The notes: generated by a model not told the origin, from the sequence alone. A stretch of 63,552 nt of DNA, filler included, from Octopus bimaculoides (GCF_001194135.2; 8 parts of 8 records of this genome joined end to end with filler, not necessarily neighbours in it); one strand, 5' to 3'. Counted from the first letter of the whole stretch, positions 1-12,548 are shown. Numbers and translations are program-made.

Positions 1-134
1 GATGCAATGATGATGGTTGTAGTGATGGTGATGATGATTTTATTTCTTTATTGCCCACAGGGGGCTACACACAAAGGGGACAGACAAGGGGATTAAGTCA
101 ATTACATTGACCCCAGTAATTAACTGGTACTTAC

Positions 135-345
135 TTTTACACAGCCCTTTTACACAGCCCCATCACCAATCCCTTTTACACAGCCCTATCGCCAGCGCTT
201 TTTACACAGCCCCATTGCCAGTCCCTTTTACACAGCCCCATCACCAATCCCTTTTACACAGCCCTATCGCCAGTCCCTTTTACACAGTCCCATCGCCAGT
301 CCCTTTTACACAGCCCCATCGCCAGTGCTTTTTACACAGCCCCAT
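135..345. repeat. ~26-bp minisatellite (cccttttacacagccccatcgccagt), about 8 units running into a gap
   Basis: Direct periodicity read in sequence. Confidence 0.9.
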
Positions 346-524
346 NNNNNNNNNNNNNNNNNNNNNNNNNNNNNNNNNNNNNNNNNNNNNNNNNNNNNNN
401 NNNNNNNNNNNNNNNNNNNNNNNNNNNNNNNNNNNNNNNNNNNNNNNNNNNNNNNNNNNNNNNNATGTATATATATATATATATATATGTGTATATATAT
501 AGTACATACAATCTTTAATTTCAG

Positions 525-641
525 AAACACAAAAGACTTGTCTGCCGAAGACAAATCAGAGATGAAGTCCCTTCAACAGAAACTCTTAGATAGAAAGGAA
601 GCCTTTCGTGAACTTGAAGAATGTCTGCCTCATCAAAATGG
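525..641 (+). CDS. TMEM120: TMEM120 internal exon (end of N-terminal coiled coil): NTKDLSAEDKSEMKSLQQKLLDRKEAFRELEECLPHQNG
   Basis: Acceptor tttcag at 519-524, donor gtaag at 642; 117 nt, phase 2/2. LPHQNG matches LPKKNG of TMEM120A/B and joins the next exon in frame. Confidence 0.88.
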
Positions 642-2124
642 GTAAGAAACCAGTTCTGCACACTTCATTTACTTGTCTTATGGTTTTGGCCTTTTAACTT
701 CACTTAGTGTTTCCTTTTTTTTTTTCCAGTCATTAGACTGTGGCCATACTGGGGTACTGCCTTGAAGAAATTTTAGCTGAATGGATCAAAACCAGTGCTT
801 GTTTTTGTTTTTTTTTGTTTGTTTAAAGCCTGGAACTTAGTATATTGGTATCTTTTGTGAAGCCACTATTTTATGGGGATGTAAACACACCAGCACTGGT
901 TGTCAGGTGGTAGGGGAGGGGACCAAACACGCACACACACACATGTGGGTGTGTGTGTGAGGGCACATGACCTAGTGGTTAGGGCAGGACATAAAACAGT
1001 ATATTTGGGCCAGATCCGGTCAGTTCAAAGGTCGATGGGAAAATGTGAAGCAATGCAACAAGTTTTTCTGTGTGTTTTTGTTGTGTTTCCAAATGTGTGT
1101 TTTCACGTTTATACAACTGTTTATCCGCTTCTACACACTTTAATTTCCTTGCGATTGTGTTTGCATGCTTTGTCTGTGCACTTACATATTTGTGTGTTTT
1201 TATGGTTGGGCATTTGGGTGTTTGTCTGTGTTTCTGTCAATGGGAATGGTTCCTCCTTAGCAACCATGTAGATACATGTTGTGCAGGGGACTCCATTGTA
1301 ACATTTCAGTTCCTGTAAGTTAAGCATTTTTTTTTTCCCTATGAACCCCTTCGATTTCTATTTTACATGGATGGACCCCCCCCCCNNNNNNNNNNNNNNN
1401 NNNNNNNNNNNNNNNNNNNNNNNNNNNNNNNNNNNNNNNNNNNNNNNNNNNNNNNNNNNNNNNNNNNNNNNNNNNNNNNNNNNNNNNNNNNNNNNNNNNN
1501 NNNNNNNNNNNNNNNNNNNNNNNNNNNNNNNNNNNNNNNNNNNNNNNNNNNNNNNNNNNNNNNNNNNNNNNNNNNNNNNNNNNNNNNNNNNNNNNNNNNN
1601 NNNNNNNNNNNNNNNNNNNNNNNNNNNNNNNNNNNNNNNNNNNNNNNNNNNNNNNNNNNNNNNNNNNNNNNNNNNNNNNNNNNNNNNNNNNNNNNNNNNN
1701 NNNNNNNNNNNNNNNNNNNNNNNNNNNNNNNNNNNNNNNNNNNNNNNNNNNNNNNNNNNNNNNNNNNNNNNNNNNNNNNNNNNNNNNNNNNNNNNNNNNN
1801 NNNNNNNNNNNNNNNNNNNNNNNNNNNNNNNNNNNNNNNNNNNNNNNNNNNNNNNNNNNNNNNNNNNNNNNNNNNNNNNNNNNNNNNNNNNNNNNNNNNN
1901 NNNNNNNNNNNNNNNNNNATATATACATATAAATGTGTGTGTGTGTCCTTGTTTGTCCCCACCCATCACTTGGCAACCGATGTTGTTGTGTTTATATCCC
2001 CGTAACTTAGCAGTTTGGCAAAAGGGACTAGTAGAATAAGTACTAAGCTTATAAAGAATAAGTCCTGGGGTCGATTTCTTTGGCTAAAAAACCCTTCAGG
2101 TTGGTGACTAAAACATGTAAAAGA

Positions 2125-2155
<31 letters not shown>

Positions 2156-2849
2156 AACACACACAATGGGCTTCCTTCAGTTTCCGTCTACGAAATCCAC
2201 TCACAAAGCTTTGGTCAGTCTGGGATAGAGTAGAAGACACTTGCCCAAGGTGCTATGCAGTAGGACTGAACCTGGAACCCTTTGGTTGGCAAGCAATCTT
2301 ACCATGCCACACAACCATGCCAGCACCTTTGATTATATTCTTTTAAGACCCATGGTACACTTAGTCTCCCCCCATGCGATGCACTATTTCTGCACACAAC
2401 TGCACTGAAGCGTTGCAGCAGACGTCGGAAAGCATTTCGTCGAATGAACATGGCACTTTTATTCAAAACTCACACGGGATGGTCTTCTCTGGAATGTCTC
2501 CTGGATCCGTTCGATCAGTTCTCACCTGGGGGAACTAAACAAAAGTTGCTCCAGGAAATATACCAGGTAAATATAACAGGAAAAGGACAAACAGGGGCTG
2601 ATATTAAAAGGGATTTCACTGCTCTAATAAATTTATATATTTTCAGGAAGCTCTTTACTGCCCTGTCTATGCTCCATCTACCTGCAACAAATCCCCTTCT
2701 TTTATATTTGAACTTCAATATTCCAAGGTAAACTTTATAAGCCACCTAAAGCTTTCTTAGCCTCCATGCTCCGTCCCATCATCATCCTCTCGTTATTTTA
2801 CCTTCCATGTTTTTACCTCTCAATTATTACATTACTTCTGCAGTCCTAA

Positions 2850-2990
2850 TGTTATGTTATTACTACTGCTGCATAGACACTGCTGTTTTGATACCGCTGC
2901 ATTGTTACTGCCACTTTGATACCACTGCGATGTTACTGCTGCATCGATACCACTGCATTGTTTCCGCTGTATTGCTACCTCTTATTCGTT
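2850..2990. repeat. ~27-bp diverged minisatellite (tgttactgctgcattgataccactgca)
   Basis: gatacc(a/g)ctgc recurs about every 27 nt. Confidence 0.6.
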
Positions 2991-3089
2991 ACCACATCCT
3001 TGCTGCTTTTACCAAGCTTCTTTTTTTTTTTAACCCTTAAACATCTTTTCAGCTTTTACATTCCCTTTTCAAGCCCCTTATTTTGTATT

Positions 3090-3468
3090 GGAGGCGCAAT
3101 GGCCCAGTGGTTTAGGGCAGCGGACTGATGGTCGGAGGATCGCGGTTTCAATTCCCAGACCGGGCGTTGTGTGTGTTTGTGTTTATTGAGCGAAAACACC
3201 TAAAAACTCCACGAGGCTCCAGCAGGGGGTGGTGGCGACCCCTGTTGTACTCTTTCGCCCCCAACTTTCTCTCACTCTTTCTTCCTGTTTCTTGAGTAAC
3301 GCTGCAATAGACTGGCATCCCATCCAGCTNNNNNNNNNNNNNNNNNNNNNNNNNNNNNNNNNNNNNNNNNNNNNNNNNNNNNNNNNNNNNNNNNNNNNNN
3401 NNNNNNNNNCATACGCCATAGAAACTGGGAAACCGGGCCCATGAGCCTGGCTAGGCTTTGAAAGGGCA
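3090..3468 (+). mobile_element. tRNA-derived SINE, family A head, tail type 1
   Basis: A box tggcccagtgg, B-box-like gtttcaattccc; about 190 bp shared with 29700. Confidence 0.75.
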
Positions 3469-3720
3469 ACGTATTTTGTATTCCATCTTATCATTACACA
3501 AATTATTGAGCCTTGCAAACGTAACTCCAAATTCAATTACGCTTTGAACATTGCAAGTTAATGGCTTCTCTGCGCCCGATGAGATCCAGCTAAATTTTCT
3601 ATATCAGGTTCAATGTTAATCAAAATGAAGTCATGAGTCTCCTCTTTGACTCATTGCATATTTATTTCGTTGCTTCGTCAGCATTGTACCAAATCCCTTG
3701 CATAATTTCTTTGGCATTTC

Positions 3721-4255
3721 GTTGGTTATGACGACAGGGGTTCCAGTTGATCCGATCAACGGAACAGCCTGCTTGTGAAAGGTAATGTGTAAGCGGCTCA
3801 GACATGTGTACCCTTAATGAAATTCTCAGAGAGATTCAGTGTGACACAGTATGGGACAAGGCTGGTCCCTTTGAATTACAGGTGCAACTCATTTTGACCA
3901 GGTGAGTGGATTGGAGCTACTGGGAGTCTATTGGTTCCGATGATAAGGGTCCCAGTTGATTGGCTCAGTGGAATAGCCTGCTTGTGGAATTAACACACAA
4001 GTGGTTGAGTACTCCATAGACATGCATACCTTCTACATAGCTCTCAGGGAGATTCAGCATGACACAGAATGTGACAAGATTGGTCCCTTTGAATTACAGG
4101 TACAACTCCTTTTTTTTGCCAGCTGAGTGAACTGGGGCTACATGAAATAAAGTGTCTTGCCCAAGGACACAACACACCGCTCAGCCTGGGAATCGAACCC
4201 ATGATCAAGCAGCAATCATGAATGTAACAGCCTAGCCATTAGGCCATGCTCCTTC
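3721..4255 (-). mobile_element. Two adjacent SINE copies: a 5'-truncated one and a full one with tRNA head and tgtgtccttgggcaagacacttt core
   Basis: Reverse strand gcatggcctaatggctagg...gggttcgattccc (A/B boxes) followed by tail type 2, present twice. Confidence 0.7.
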
Positions 4256-6175
4256 ACATATTGATTATTGATTATTCAGTTATAATTCCTGTGTTGTGTG
4301 GGTCGCTATCTAGAAAATTTTCAACAGGTTTTTTATCTCGTAATCCATTGAAATGAGAAAAGAAAAAGAAATGACTTTGTTCATGTTGTTGTGTGTACTC
4401 ACATCTGTATGTTTAGGTTATTTTATCTTTTACCTGTTTCGGTCATTACACTGCGGCCATGCTAGGGCACTGCCTTGAAGAATTACATAATCAAATGAAT
4501 TGATCTTATTTTTTAAAAGCTTGATATTATATATATTTAATCCAAGACAGTGAGAACAAGACTGTAAAAACAAACAGTGAGGGCTGTTGAAACAAGACGA
4601 TATATATATCGGCTTCTTAATGTTGTTTTCACTGTCCATTTTTTCCTGTCTTGGTTTGTGTTTACCACCTTGGAATCCTCTGTTTAGTGGGCCGATTCAC
4701 TACTCAGGAAGAGACTATTCTAGAGTACGTTCTGCCTTATCTTCGAAACGCCTAGTTAGAATAGAGGCAGCTGATGAAGGAATAATTCCAAGTGGCTATC
4801 TGTTTTCCTATGTGTTTGTTCCGTTGTCTGTAGTTCATTTTTCTAATGTCCTGTACCTTGATATGCATCTATATACACTTGTAGATGTAAGTATGTACAT
4901 ATATGTGTGTATACATGCATATATATTCTTTGTATTATTACATATATATATATATATATATATATACTAGACTACCTGTGACCCATTGGGTCACTGACGG
5001 TTCAGGTTATAAAACATTGAAGCTGATTTCAACATTGCGTTGAAATGAAAGTTAATTTAATTGATAATTCAGTTAAATATTTCAATTCTTTTGTATTATC
5101 ATAAAAGTCTGGTTTACAAGTTCATGTTTAAGGTTTTATTAATTATTTATCGGGAATATCTTTCCTGTTCCATCTGGAGTGTTAACGAAAACCAATGCAG
5201 ATGTGTTCCTCTCTAAACTGTTACAAATGAAGTCGTACACATCCTTTTTGGTCACCATTCAATAGAGGGTCTCTCTCTTCTACAACATTGTACTATGCTG
5301 TATTTCTCTTGTATTCTTGTTTTTGTCGTTATGTTGTTATTGTTATTCTTACTCTATTCAAAAAGAGGATAAGCACACCTTATCTATTCTTAACTGACCT
5401 TTATATGTGTTAGCCACCCTACCCCCAACTACTTGGACCCTCTGAAGAAGCCTAGGAGCACATCCACTAATCCAAGCCCTGTCTGTTCAGTGATGGAGAT
5501 AACCGGGAAGATTTTNNNNNNNNNNAAAATACACCATTTCGAGTGTGGCCGTTGCCAGTACCGCCAGACTGGCCCTCGTGCCGGTGGCACGTAAAAGCAC
5601 CCACTACACTCCTGGAGTGGTTGGCGTTAGGAAGGGCATCCAGCTGTAGAAACTCTGCCAAATCAGATTGGAGCCTGGTGTAGCCATCTGGTTTCACCAG
5701 TCCTCAGTCAAATCGTCCAACCCATGCTAGCATGGAAAGCGGACGTTAAACGATGATGATGATAGAAATACATTCATACGTACATATATATATATATAAA
5801 TACATACAGATATACATACATGCATACATAGAAATATACATACACCATACATACATATATGCATGTATGTTTGTGAATCTCAGTGTTTGTCTCTACGTTC
5901 ATGATAACTGGTGTTGGTTTGTTTGTATCCCTGCTCACTAGAATAAGTACCAAACTTTAAAAAAACTAAATACTGGAATTAATTAGATTAATCAACTTCT
6001 TCTGGGCAGTACTCCAGCCTGACCATAGTCCAGTGGTTAAAAAAATATAAAAGAATATGAATGTATTTACATGTGGGTATGTGTTTGTGTTTGTTGTATT
6101 GTGTGACGAATATGTTGTTATCATTATTAATATATATATATATATATATTTATTTTTCTTTATTGTTTTTTTTAG

Positions 6176-6235
6176 GTTGTACTTAAGTGTCATTCTGGGT
6201 CAAGTCAATGTCTCACTGCTTAACAAAGGTGACAA
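6176..6235 (+). CDS. TMEM120: TMEM120 exon: (G)LYLSVILGQVNVSLLNKGD(K)
   Basis: ttttag/gtaag boundaries, 60 nt; matches family motif GLYLSLVLGNVNVTLL. Confidence 0.95.
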
Positions 6236-6282
6236 GTAAGTCAAACCCGTTCTAGCAACAAAAATATTCTCTAGATAAACTG

Positions 6283-6317
<35 letters not shown>

Positions 6318-7348
6318 TAGGTTAATATGTAATAAGTTGGTATATATATATATATAATCCAAGTGTTTANNNNNNNNNNNNNNNNNNNNNNNNNNNNNNN
6401 NNNNNNNNNNNNNNNNNNNNNNNNNNNNNNNNNNNNNNNNNNNNNNNNNNNNNNNNNNNNNNNNNNNNNNNNNNNNNNNNNNNNNNNNNNNNNNNNNNNN
6501 NNNNNNNNNNNNNNNNNNNNNNNNNNNNNNNNNNNNNNNNNNNNNNNNNNNNNNNNNNNNNNNNNNNNNNNNNNNNNNNNNNNNNNNNNNNNNNNNNNNN
6601 NNNNNNNNNNNNNNNNNNNNNNNNNNNNNNNNNNNNNNNNNNNNNNNNNNNNNNNNNNNNNNNNNNNNNNNNNNNNNNNNNNNNNNNNNNNNNNNNNNNN
6701 NNNNNNNNNNNNNNNNNNNNNNNNNNNNNNNNNNNNNNNNNNNNNNNNNNNNNNNNNNNNNNNNNNNNNNNNNNNNNNNNNNNNNNNNNNNNNNNNNNNN
6801 NNNNNNNNNNNNNNNNNNNNNNNNNNNNNNNNNNNNNNNNNNNNNNNNNNNNNNNNNNNNNNNNNNNNNNNNNNNNNNNNNNNNNNNNNNNNNNNNNNNN
6901 NNNNNNNNNNNNNNNNNNNNNNNNNNNNNNNNNNNNNNNNNNNNNNNNNNNNNNNNNNNNNNNNNNNNNNNNNNNAAATGGTGATGATGAGGTGGCTGAA
7001 TCATTAGCACGCCGGGCGAAATGCTTAGCGGTATTTTGTCTGTCTTTACGTTCTGAGTTCAAATTCCGCCAAGGTCGATTTTACCTTTTATCCTTTTCAT
7101 GCTCAATTAAATAGGTACCAGTTATGCACTGGGGTCGATGTAATCAACATAATCGCTTTGTCTGTCCTAGTTTGTCGCCTCGATGTTTAGCCCCCTGTGG
7201 GCAATGAAGAGATTGATTTACGTATACTACTACTGCTCATAACAATAATGTTTATATAATAGCATTCACCCTTAGGGTTTAGCCGCATTTAAGTGGCAAA
7301 TATACTTCACGTTGTCGTGCAGAGATTTAACATACTTATTTATTTCAG

Positions 7349-7444
7349 ATTTCAATACAAAAGGGAGTATGAGAGGTTCAAGCTTGTGGTTAGTTATATT
7401 ATAATGTGTCTGTCTTTTGTGCAGACGTTTTTTGGAAGTTACAG
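7349..7444 (+). CDS. TMEM120: TMEM120 exon: FQYKREYERFKLVVSYIIMCLSFVQTFFGSY(R)
   Basis: atttcag/gtaag boundaries, 96 nt; matches FAYKDEYEKFKL plus TM1. Confidence 0.95.
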
Positions 7445-7809
7445 GTAAGTGTTAGAAGCATTTCTATATCTCTGCTTCTGTCCATTAACTTTTCTTCGTG
7501 TTCATTTTCCTCTGACAGCTGTCACCATCCATATCTCTCTTTCTAGAAATAGCTAACGATTCAATTACGAAGAGGGGCTGAACAGTTCTTGGTTTTCAGG
7601 GCGTTGCGAAAGGCTTGGCTGGAGGTCCAATCTCCCGAGTTTTTTTTTACGGGGCTTAGAAAAACTGAGGGACCACTGCAATAAGTGTGAATCTGGGAGG
7701 GGAATATGTGGAATACAATCATAATTAACTGATCCTCCTGTATTTTCTTTTACCCAAAGCCAGGAACTTTTCAGCACCCCCTCCTTACCAACCACATGGT
7801 TCCCGGTTC

Positions 7810-7930
7810 AGTGCCACATAAAAGCACCCATGCAGTGTCACATAAAAGCGTCTGTGCAACACCATATAAAAGCTCCTGTGCGACGCCGCGTAAAAGCGCC
7901 TGTGTGACACCGTGTAAAAGCACCCAGCAC
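7810..7930. repeat. ~23-bp diverged tandem units (..cacataaaagc..) inside repeat B
   Basis: taaaagc recurs about every 23 nt, five times. Confidence 0.7.
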
Positions 7931-8351
7931 TCTTTGTAAAGTGGTTGGTGGCAGGAAGAGCATCCAGCTGTAGAAACCAGGTCAAATCAATTGGAATCCG
8001 TTGCAGCTCTTAAGCTGGCNNNNNNNNNNACATAAAAGCGTCTGTGCAACACCATATAAAAGCTCCTGTGCGACGCCGCGTAAAAGCGCCTGTGTGACAC
8101 CGTGTAAAAGCACCCAGCACTCTTTGTAAAGTGGTTGGTGGCAGGAAGAGCATCCAGCTGTAGAAACCAGGTCAAATCAATTGGAATCCGTTGCAGCTCT
8201 TAAGCTGGCCAGCTCTGGTCAAACCATCCAACCCATGCCAGCATGGACAATGGACTTTAAATGGTGATGTCTCCCTATTGTAACCACTCACATCGTCCGA
8301 CTGTCTGCCTCTTACTCCCCTTCATTCCATTTGCACTGTTTTACCCTCCCT

Positions 8352-8383
<32 letters not shown>

Positions 8384-8405
8384 AATTTCTCTGTTTATAT
8401 TGCAG

Positions 8406-8495
8406 ATGGGTGGATGCAGTCCTTCATTTTCTCCTCGTCTGGTATTATTGTACCTTGACTATTAGAGAGAGTATTCTTGTCGTGAATGGATCCAG
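8406..8495 (+). CDS. TMEM120: TMEM120 exon: [29 protein letters not shown](R)
   Basis: ttgcag/gtaac boundaries, 90 nt; contains the conserved [20 protein letters not shown] signature. Confidence 0.97.
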
Positions 8496-8519
8496 GTAAC
8501 AGAATAACGTTATATACCT

Positions 8520-9043
8520 GCTCTGCCAAATGTATTGCTTATTTGTTCACATTGCTTTGAATTAATCATGCATTATCTCATAGCTTTGAAATTTCAATGA
8601 TGTGAGTGTTTATTTTTAGAATGACATTGTAGGGTAGGTGTGAGAGACTGGATCTGGCCTTGTTTTGAATTAATCATGCATTATCTCATAGCCTTGAGAT
8701 TTCAATGATGTGATTACTTTTAGAATGACATTGTCGGGTACGTCTGAGAGGCTGGATATGGCCTTGTTTTGAATTAATCCTGCATTATCTCATAGCCTTG
8801 AGATTTCAGTGATGTGATTACTTTTAGGATGACATTGTTGGGTAGGTGTGAGAGGCTGGATCTGGCCTTGTTTTGAATTAATCATGCATTATCTCATAGC
8901 CTTGAGATTTCAATGATGTGATTGCTTATTTTTAGAATGACATTGTAGGGTAGGTGTGAGAGGCTGGATCTGGATGGTTAGAACATAAAACATGTAGAAT
9001 ATTTGGGGCCAGTCATGGCCAGTTTAAATGCTTAAAGGGTTAA
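8520..9043. mobile_element. Same MITE family, opposite orientation, with four tandem 104-108 bp internal units
   Basis: Units start at 8556, 8664, 8768 and 8872; right end aaagggTTAA at 9040-9043; reverse-complement similarity to 48785-49002. Confidence 0.75.
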
Positions 9044-9103
9044 ACTCCAAATGTCTACACACTAAGCATCACTTATTCGAAGATTCTTCTTCTTCTGTTT
9101 CAG

Positions 9104-9169
9104 AATCAAAGGCTGGTGGTTGACTCATCATTTCATTTCAACAGTTTGTGCAGGGATTTCCTTAATATG
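9104..9169 (+). CDS. TMEM120: TMEM120 exon: IKGWWLTHHFISTVCAGISLI(W)
   Basis: tttcag/gtgag boundaries, 66 nt; IKGWWxxHH motif (HxxHH-like region shared with the ELOVL fold). Confidence 0.96.
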
Positions 9170-9224
9170 GTGAGGTTTTAGTGATTCTTTGTCATAAAAA
9201 AAGAGATTTACGATTACCACACTA

Positions 9225-9266
<42 letters not shown>

Positions 9267-9489
9267 TATATTCCCCATCCCCTCTGTCTGCAAAAGCATG
9301 GCTCTGTTGCTAAGGTGTTTGTCTTATAATCACTGAATGCTTTGGGGTTCAATCTCATTGCATGACATCTTGGAGTAGCATGTCTGCAACAGTGGCATTG
9401 GGTTAACCAATGCCTCGTGAAAAGAATTTGTGAGATAAAAGTTTGTCAGAAGCATACCCTTGGGCATATATAGATATATATATTTTTTT

Positions 9490-9547
<58 letters not shown>

Positions 9548-10122
9548 TATAAACATGCATTTACATGCGGGGACACACATCATCATTTTATGTTTGTTTT
9601 TGTATATTGGCATGGTTTGGACACACTGACAGAAGCTAGCAACCCAAGGTACTGTACCGAGCTCCAATGTCTGTTTTGGCATGGTTTCTACGGCAGGATG
9701 CCCTTCCTAATGCCAACCACTTTACAGAGCAGACTGGGTGCTTTTGATGTGGTACCAACACTAGTGAGATCTGTGTTTGGTATGGTTCATACTACTGGAT
9801 GCCCTCCTTAATGCCAACCACTTTACAGAGTGGACTTGGTGCTTTTCGCATGGCACCAGCAGAAGTACTTTAGCCATGGAACCAGCGCCATTAAATGATG
9901 ATGATGATATCTTAATGCACATATATAATTTTAACAATATAAAGAAAAATGTAGAATACATACATAGATACCCCGCAGTGGGGCTGAACCCTGGACCATG
10001 TCATTGGGAAGCAAACTTCTTACCACACGGCCACGCTTAATTTTAATGTTAATATGATGTATTTTCAAAATGGTTTCAATATGTCTGTGTACATTTATGT
10101 TTTTTGTCTCTCGTCTTTCCAG

Positions 10123-10184
10123 GCCTGATGGCTGGTCGTATCAAGTCTTCCGCACGAGATATGTCATATTCATTATGTACCTTA
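10123..10184 (+). CDS. TMEM120: TMEM120 exon: PDGWSYQVFRTRYVIFIMYL
   Basis: ttccag/gtaag boundaries, 62 nt; matches WPDGLMYQKFRNQF; phases fit both neighbours. Confidence 0.92.
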
Positions 10185-10387
10185 GTAAGTATATCAACCA
10201 TATTTCCATCTGTATTTGGGTAACAACAACAACAGCAGCAACAACACTAAGCGTGTATGTGTGTCTTTGTGTCAGTAATTGTCCCCGACCACTGCTTGAC
10301 AACCGGTGTTGGTGTGTTTACATCCCCCTAACACAGCAGTTCTGTAAAACAAGCCAATAGAAAAAAATATCAGCGTTACCGCCTGAC

Positions 10388-10612
10388 TTGCCAGTACCGC
10401 CTGACTGGCCTTCGTGCGGGTGACACGTAAAAGCACCCACTACACTCTCGGAGTGGTTGGCGTTAGGAAGGGCATCCAGCTGTAGAAACTCTGCCAAATC
10501 AGATTGGAGCCTGGTGTAGCCATCCGGTTTCACCAGTCCTCAGTCAAATCGTCCAACCCATGCTAGCATGGAAAGCGGACGTTAAACGATGATGATGATG
10601 ATGATGATGATG
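10388..10612 (+). repeat. Dispersed repeat B ending gcggacgttaaac(GAT)n, probably RTE 3' end; copies near 5526-5762, 7930-8270, 24995-25260(-), 49500-49800(-), 53770-53905(-), 54540-55050, 57875-58430(-)
   Basis: Near-identical ttggcgttaggaagggcatccagctgtagaaac...ccatgctagcatggaaagcggacg blocks in many places. Confidence 0.8.
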
Positions 10613-11661
10613 TTAAGAGCAAAAAAAAGGACTGGGTTTGATTTTTCTGCAAATAAAATTCTTTGAGGCGGTTTTCCAGCATGGCAGCAGTCTAAGACGG
10701 ACACGAGTAAAAGCTAAACGACACTAATTAATTAATTTAACCATAACTCATTCTATGACAAAAACAAACACACACACGCACACACACACACACGAATGCG
10801 TGATTGATTGATAGGACCATCATAAATCTTTAAGCTTCGTAATCATTTATCTTTCTTCCATTTGACCTGTAATGTCTAAAGTTCTGTGTCTGATAACATG
10901 GTGATAATTATATCCTCTCTCTCCCACCCACTCACCCCCCGCGCGCACACACACTCTTTGTTACTAAACGCCTCTCTGTCTCCATTGTNNNNNNNNNNNN
11001 NNNNNNNNNNNNNNNNNNNNNNNNNNNNNNNNNNNNNNNNNNNNNNNNNNNNNNNNNNNNNNNNNNNNNNNNNNNNNNNNNNNNNNNNNNNNNNNNNNNN
11101 NNNNNNNNNNNNNNNNNNNNNNNNNNNNNNNNNNNNNNNNNNNNNNNNNNNNNNNNNNNNNNNNNNNNNNNNNNNNNNNNNNNNNNNNNNNNNNNNNNNN
11201 NNNNNNNNNNNNNNNNNNNNNNNNNNNNNNNNNNNNNNNNNNNNNNNNNNNNNNNNNNNNNNNNNNNNNNNNNNNNNNNNNNNNNNNNNNNNNNNNNNNN
11301 NNNNNNNNNNNNNNNNNNNNNNNNNNNNNNNNNNNNNNNNNNNNNNNNNNNNNNNNNNNNNNNNNNNNNNNNNNNNNNNNNNNNNNNNNNNNNNNNNNNN
11401 NNNNNNNNNNNNNNNNNNNNNNNNNNNNNNNNNNNNNNNNNAAGTCCCGGGGCCGATTTGCTCGACTAAAGTCGGTGCTCCAGCATGGCCGCAGTCAAAT
11501 GACTGAAACAAGTCAAAGAGTATATATATATATACACAAAGGCCGTGCTTCACCACGTATATTTATTTGTACACACAATTTATACATCTACCTATCTATC
11601 TATCTACCATTCTATCTGTCTATCTACCTATCAATCCATCTTTATTTATTTATTTATCTAG

Positions 11662-11754
11662 GTTTTGTATATGTTATGCAGTATTACTACCAAAACGGTT
11701 GTCTGTACCGACTGCGTACACTTGGTAAAAGACATGGCATGGACATCACAGTAG
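11662..11754 (+). CDS. TMEM120: TMEM120 exon: (S)[30 protein letters not shown]
   Basis: atctag/gtaag boundaries, 93 nt; matches [25 protein letters not shown]. Confidence 0.97.
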   Translation, partial: VLYMLCSITTKTVVCTDCVHLVKDMAWTSQ

Positions 11755-12020
11755 GTAAGTTGTCTCCCTTGTTTTTTCTTAGTCTCAGCCTCGGTTGTGT
11801 CCCTTGAACAATTATTGTTAATATGTTTGTACATACGTGTATTAACGCAAAGGCGAGTTGCTTTTTAACAGAATATCTTTATTGCCAGGCACCAGTCTAA
11901 TGAGAATTTGTGGGATCGTTTGAGCCTTAGACAGGGTGTTCCTTGTGCTGTTCGCACTATTTCTTTATATTCTCAGTCTAAATTCCACTTTGATCTACTT
12001 GTTGGGTAGACTTAATTTTT

Positions 12021-12548
12021 CAGTGGTTCCCAACCGGGATTCACATAACAAAATAGTAACTTCGGGATCCAACAGCATTTTAACGACCCCCAGAAAACAT
12101 TTTGCTTTAGATGTATGTATTGGTTATGTATTGCAAGAAGCAGCTGGGTTTCTTTCTCTAACATTTTCCATTGTTCAACCTACACGAGTTTATGATTGAA
12201 AAAACAAAATAGGAATTTGGAAAGAAGTTTCTATAAAGCTAGTTTTTAATTATCGAATGGCTAAGGGCGCCCACCAGAATAAAATATTAATTAAAGGGAT
12301 CCATAGATAAGAAATGGTTGAGTACCTCTACTTTAGATGTATGTATTGGTATGTATTGCAAGGAACAGCGAGGTTCCTTTCTCTAACATTTTCCATTGTT
12401 CAACCTACGCAAGTTAATGTTTGAAAAACAAAATAGGAATTTTGAAAGAAGTTTCTATAAAACTAGTTTTTAAACATTGAATGGCTATGGGGGTCCACCA
12501 GAATGAAATAGTAATCAGAGGGGTCCACAGATAAATGGTTGAGACCCG
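12021..12548. mobile_element. hAT/Charlie-like MITE with a 226-bp tandem duplication of its 3' part
   Basis: Starts cagtggttcccaacc; ggttgagtacc and ggttgagaccc ends at about 12325 and 12547; repeat units begin at 12105 and 12331. Confidence 0.6.

Noticed and set aside
135-345. CRISPR-like periodicity here and at 8556-8975
   Set aside because: Contiguous tandem units without unique spacers, in a eukaryotic intron, with no cas genes.
7840-8209. Identical 180-bp direct repeat
   Set aside because: The copies flank a 10-N gap and are base-identical; typical unmerged contig overlap.
11931-12007. Hydrophobic frame DRVFLVLFALFLYILSLNSTLIYLL as the missing TMEM120 exon
   Set aside because: Lacks the invariant W-M-W-R-G motif, has weak splice sites and a T-rich composition that explains the hydrophobicity.
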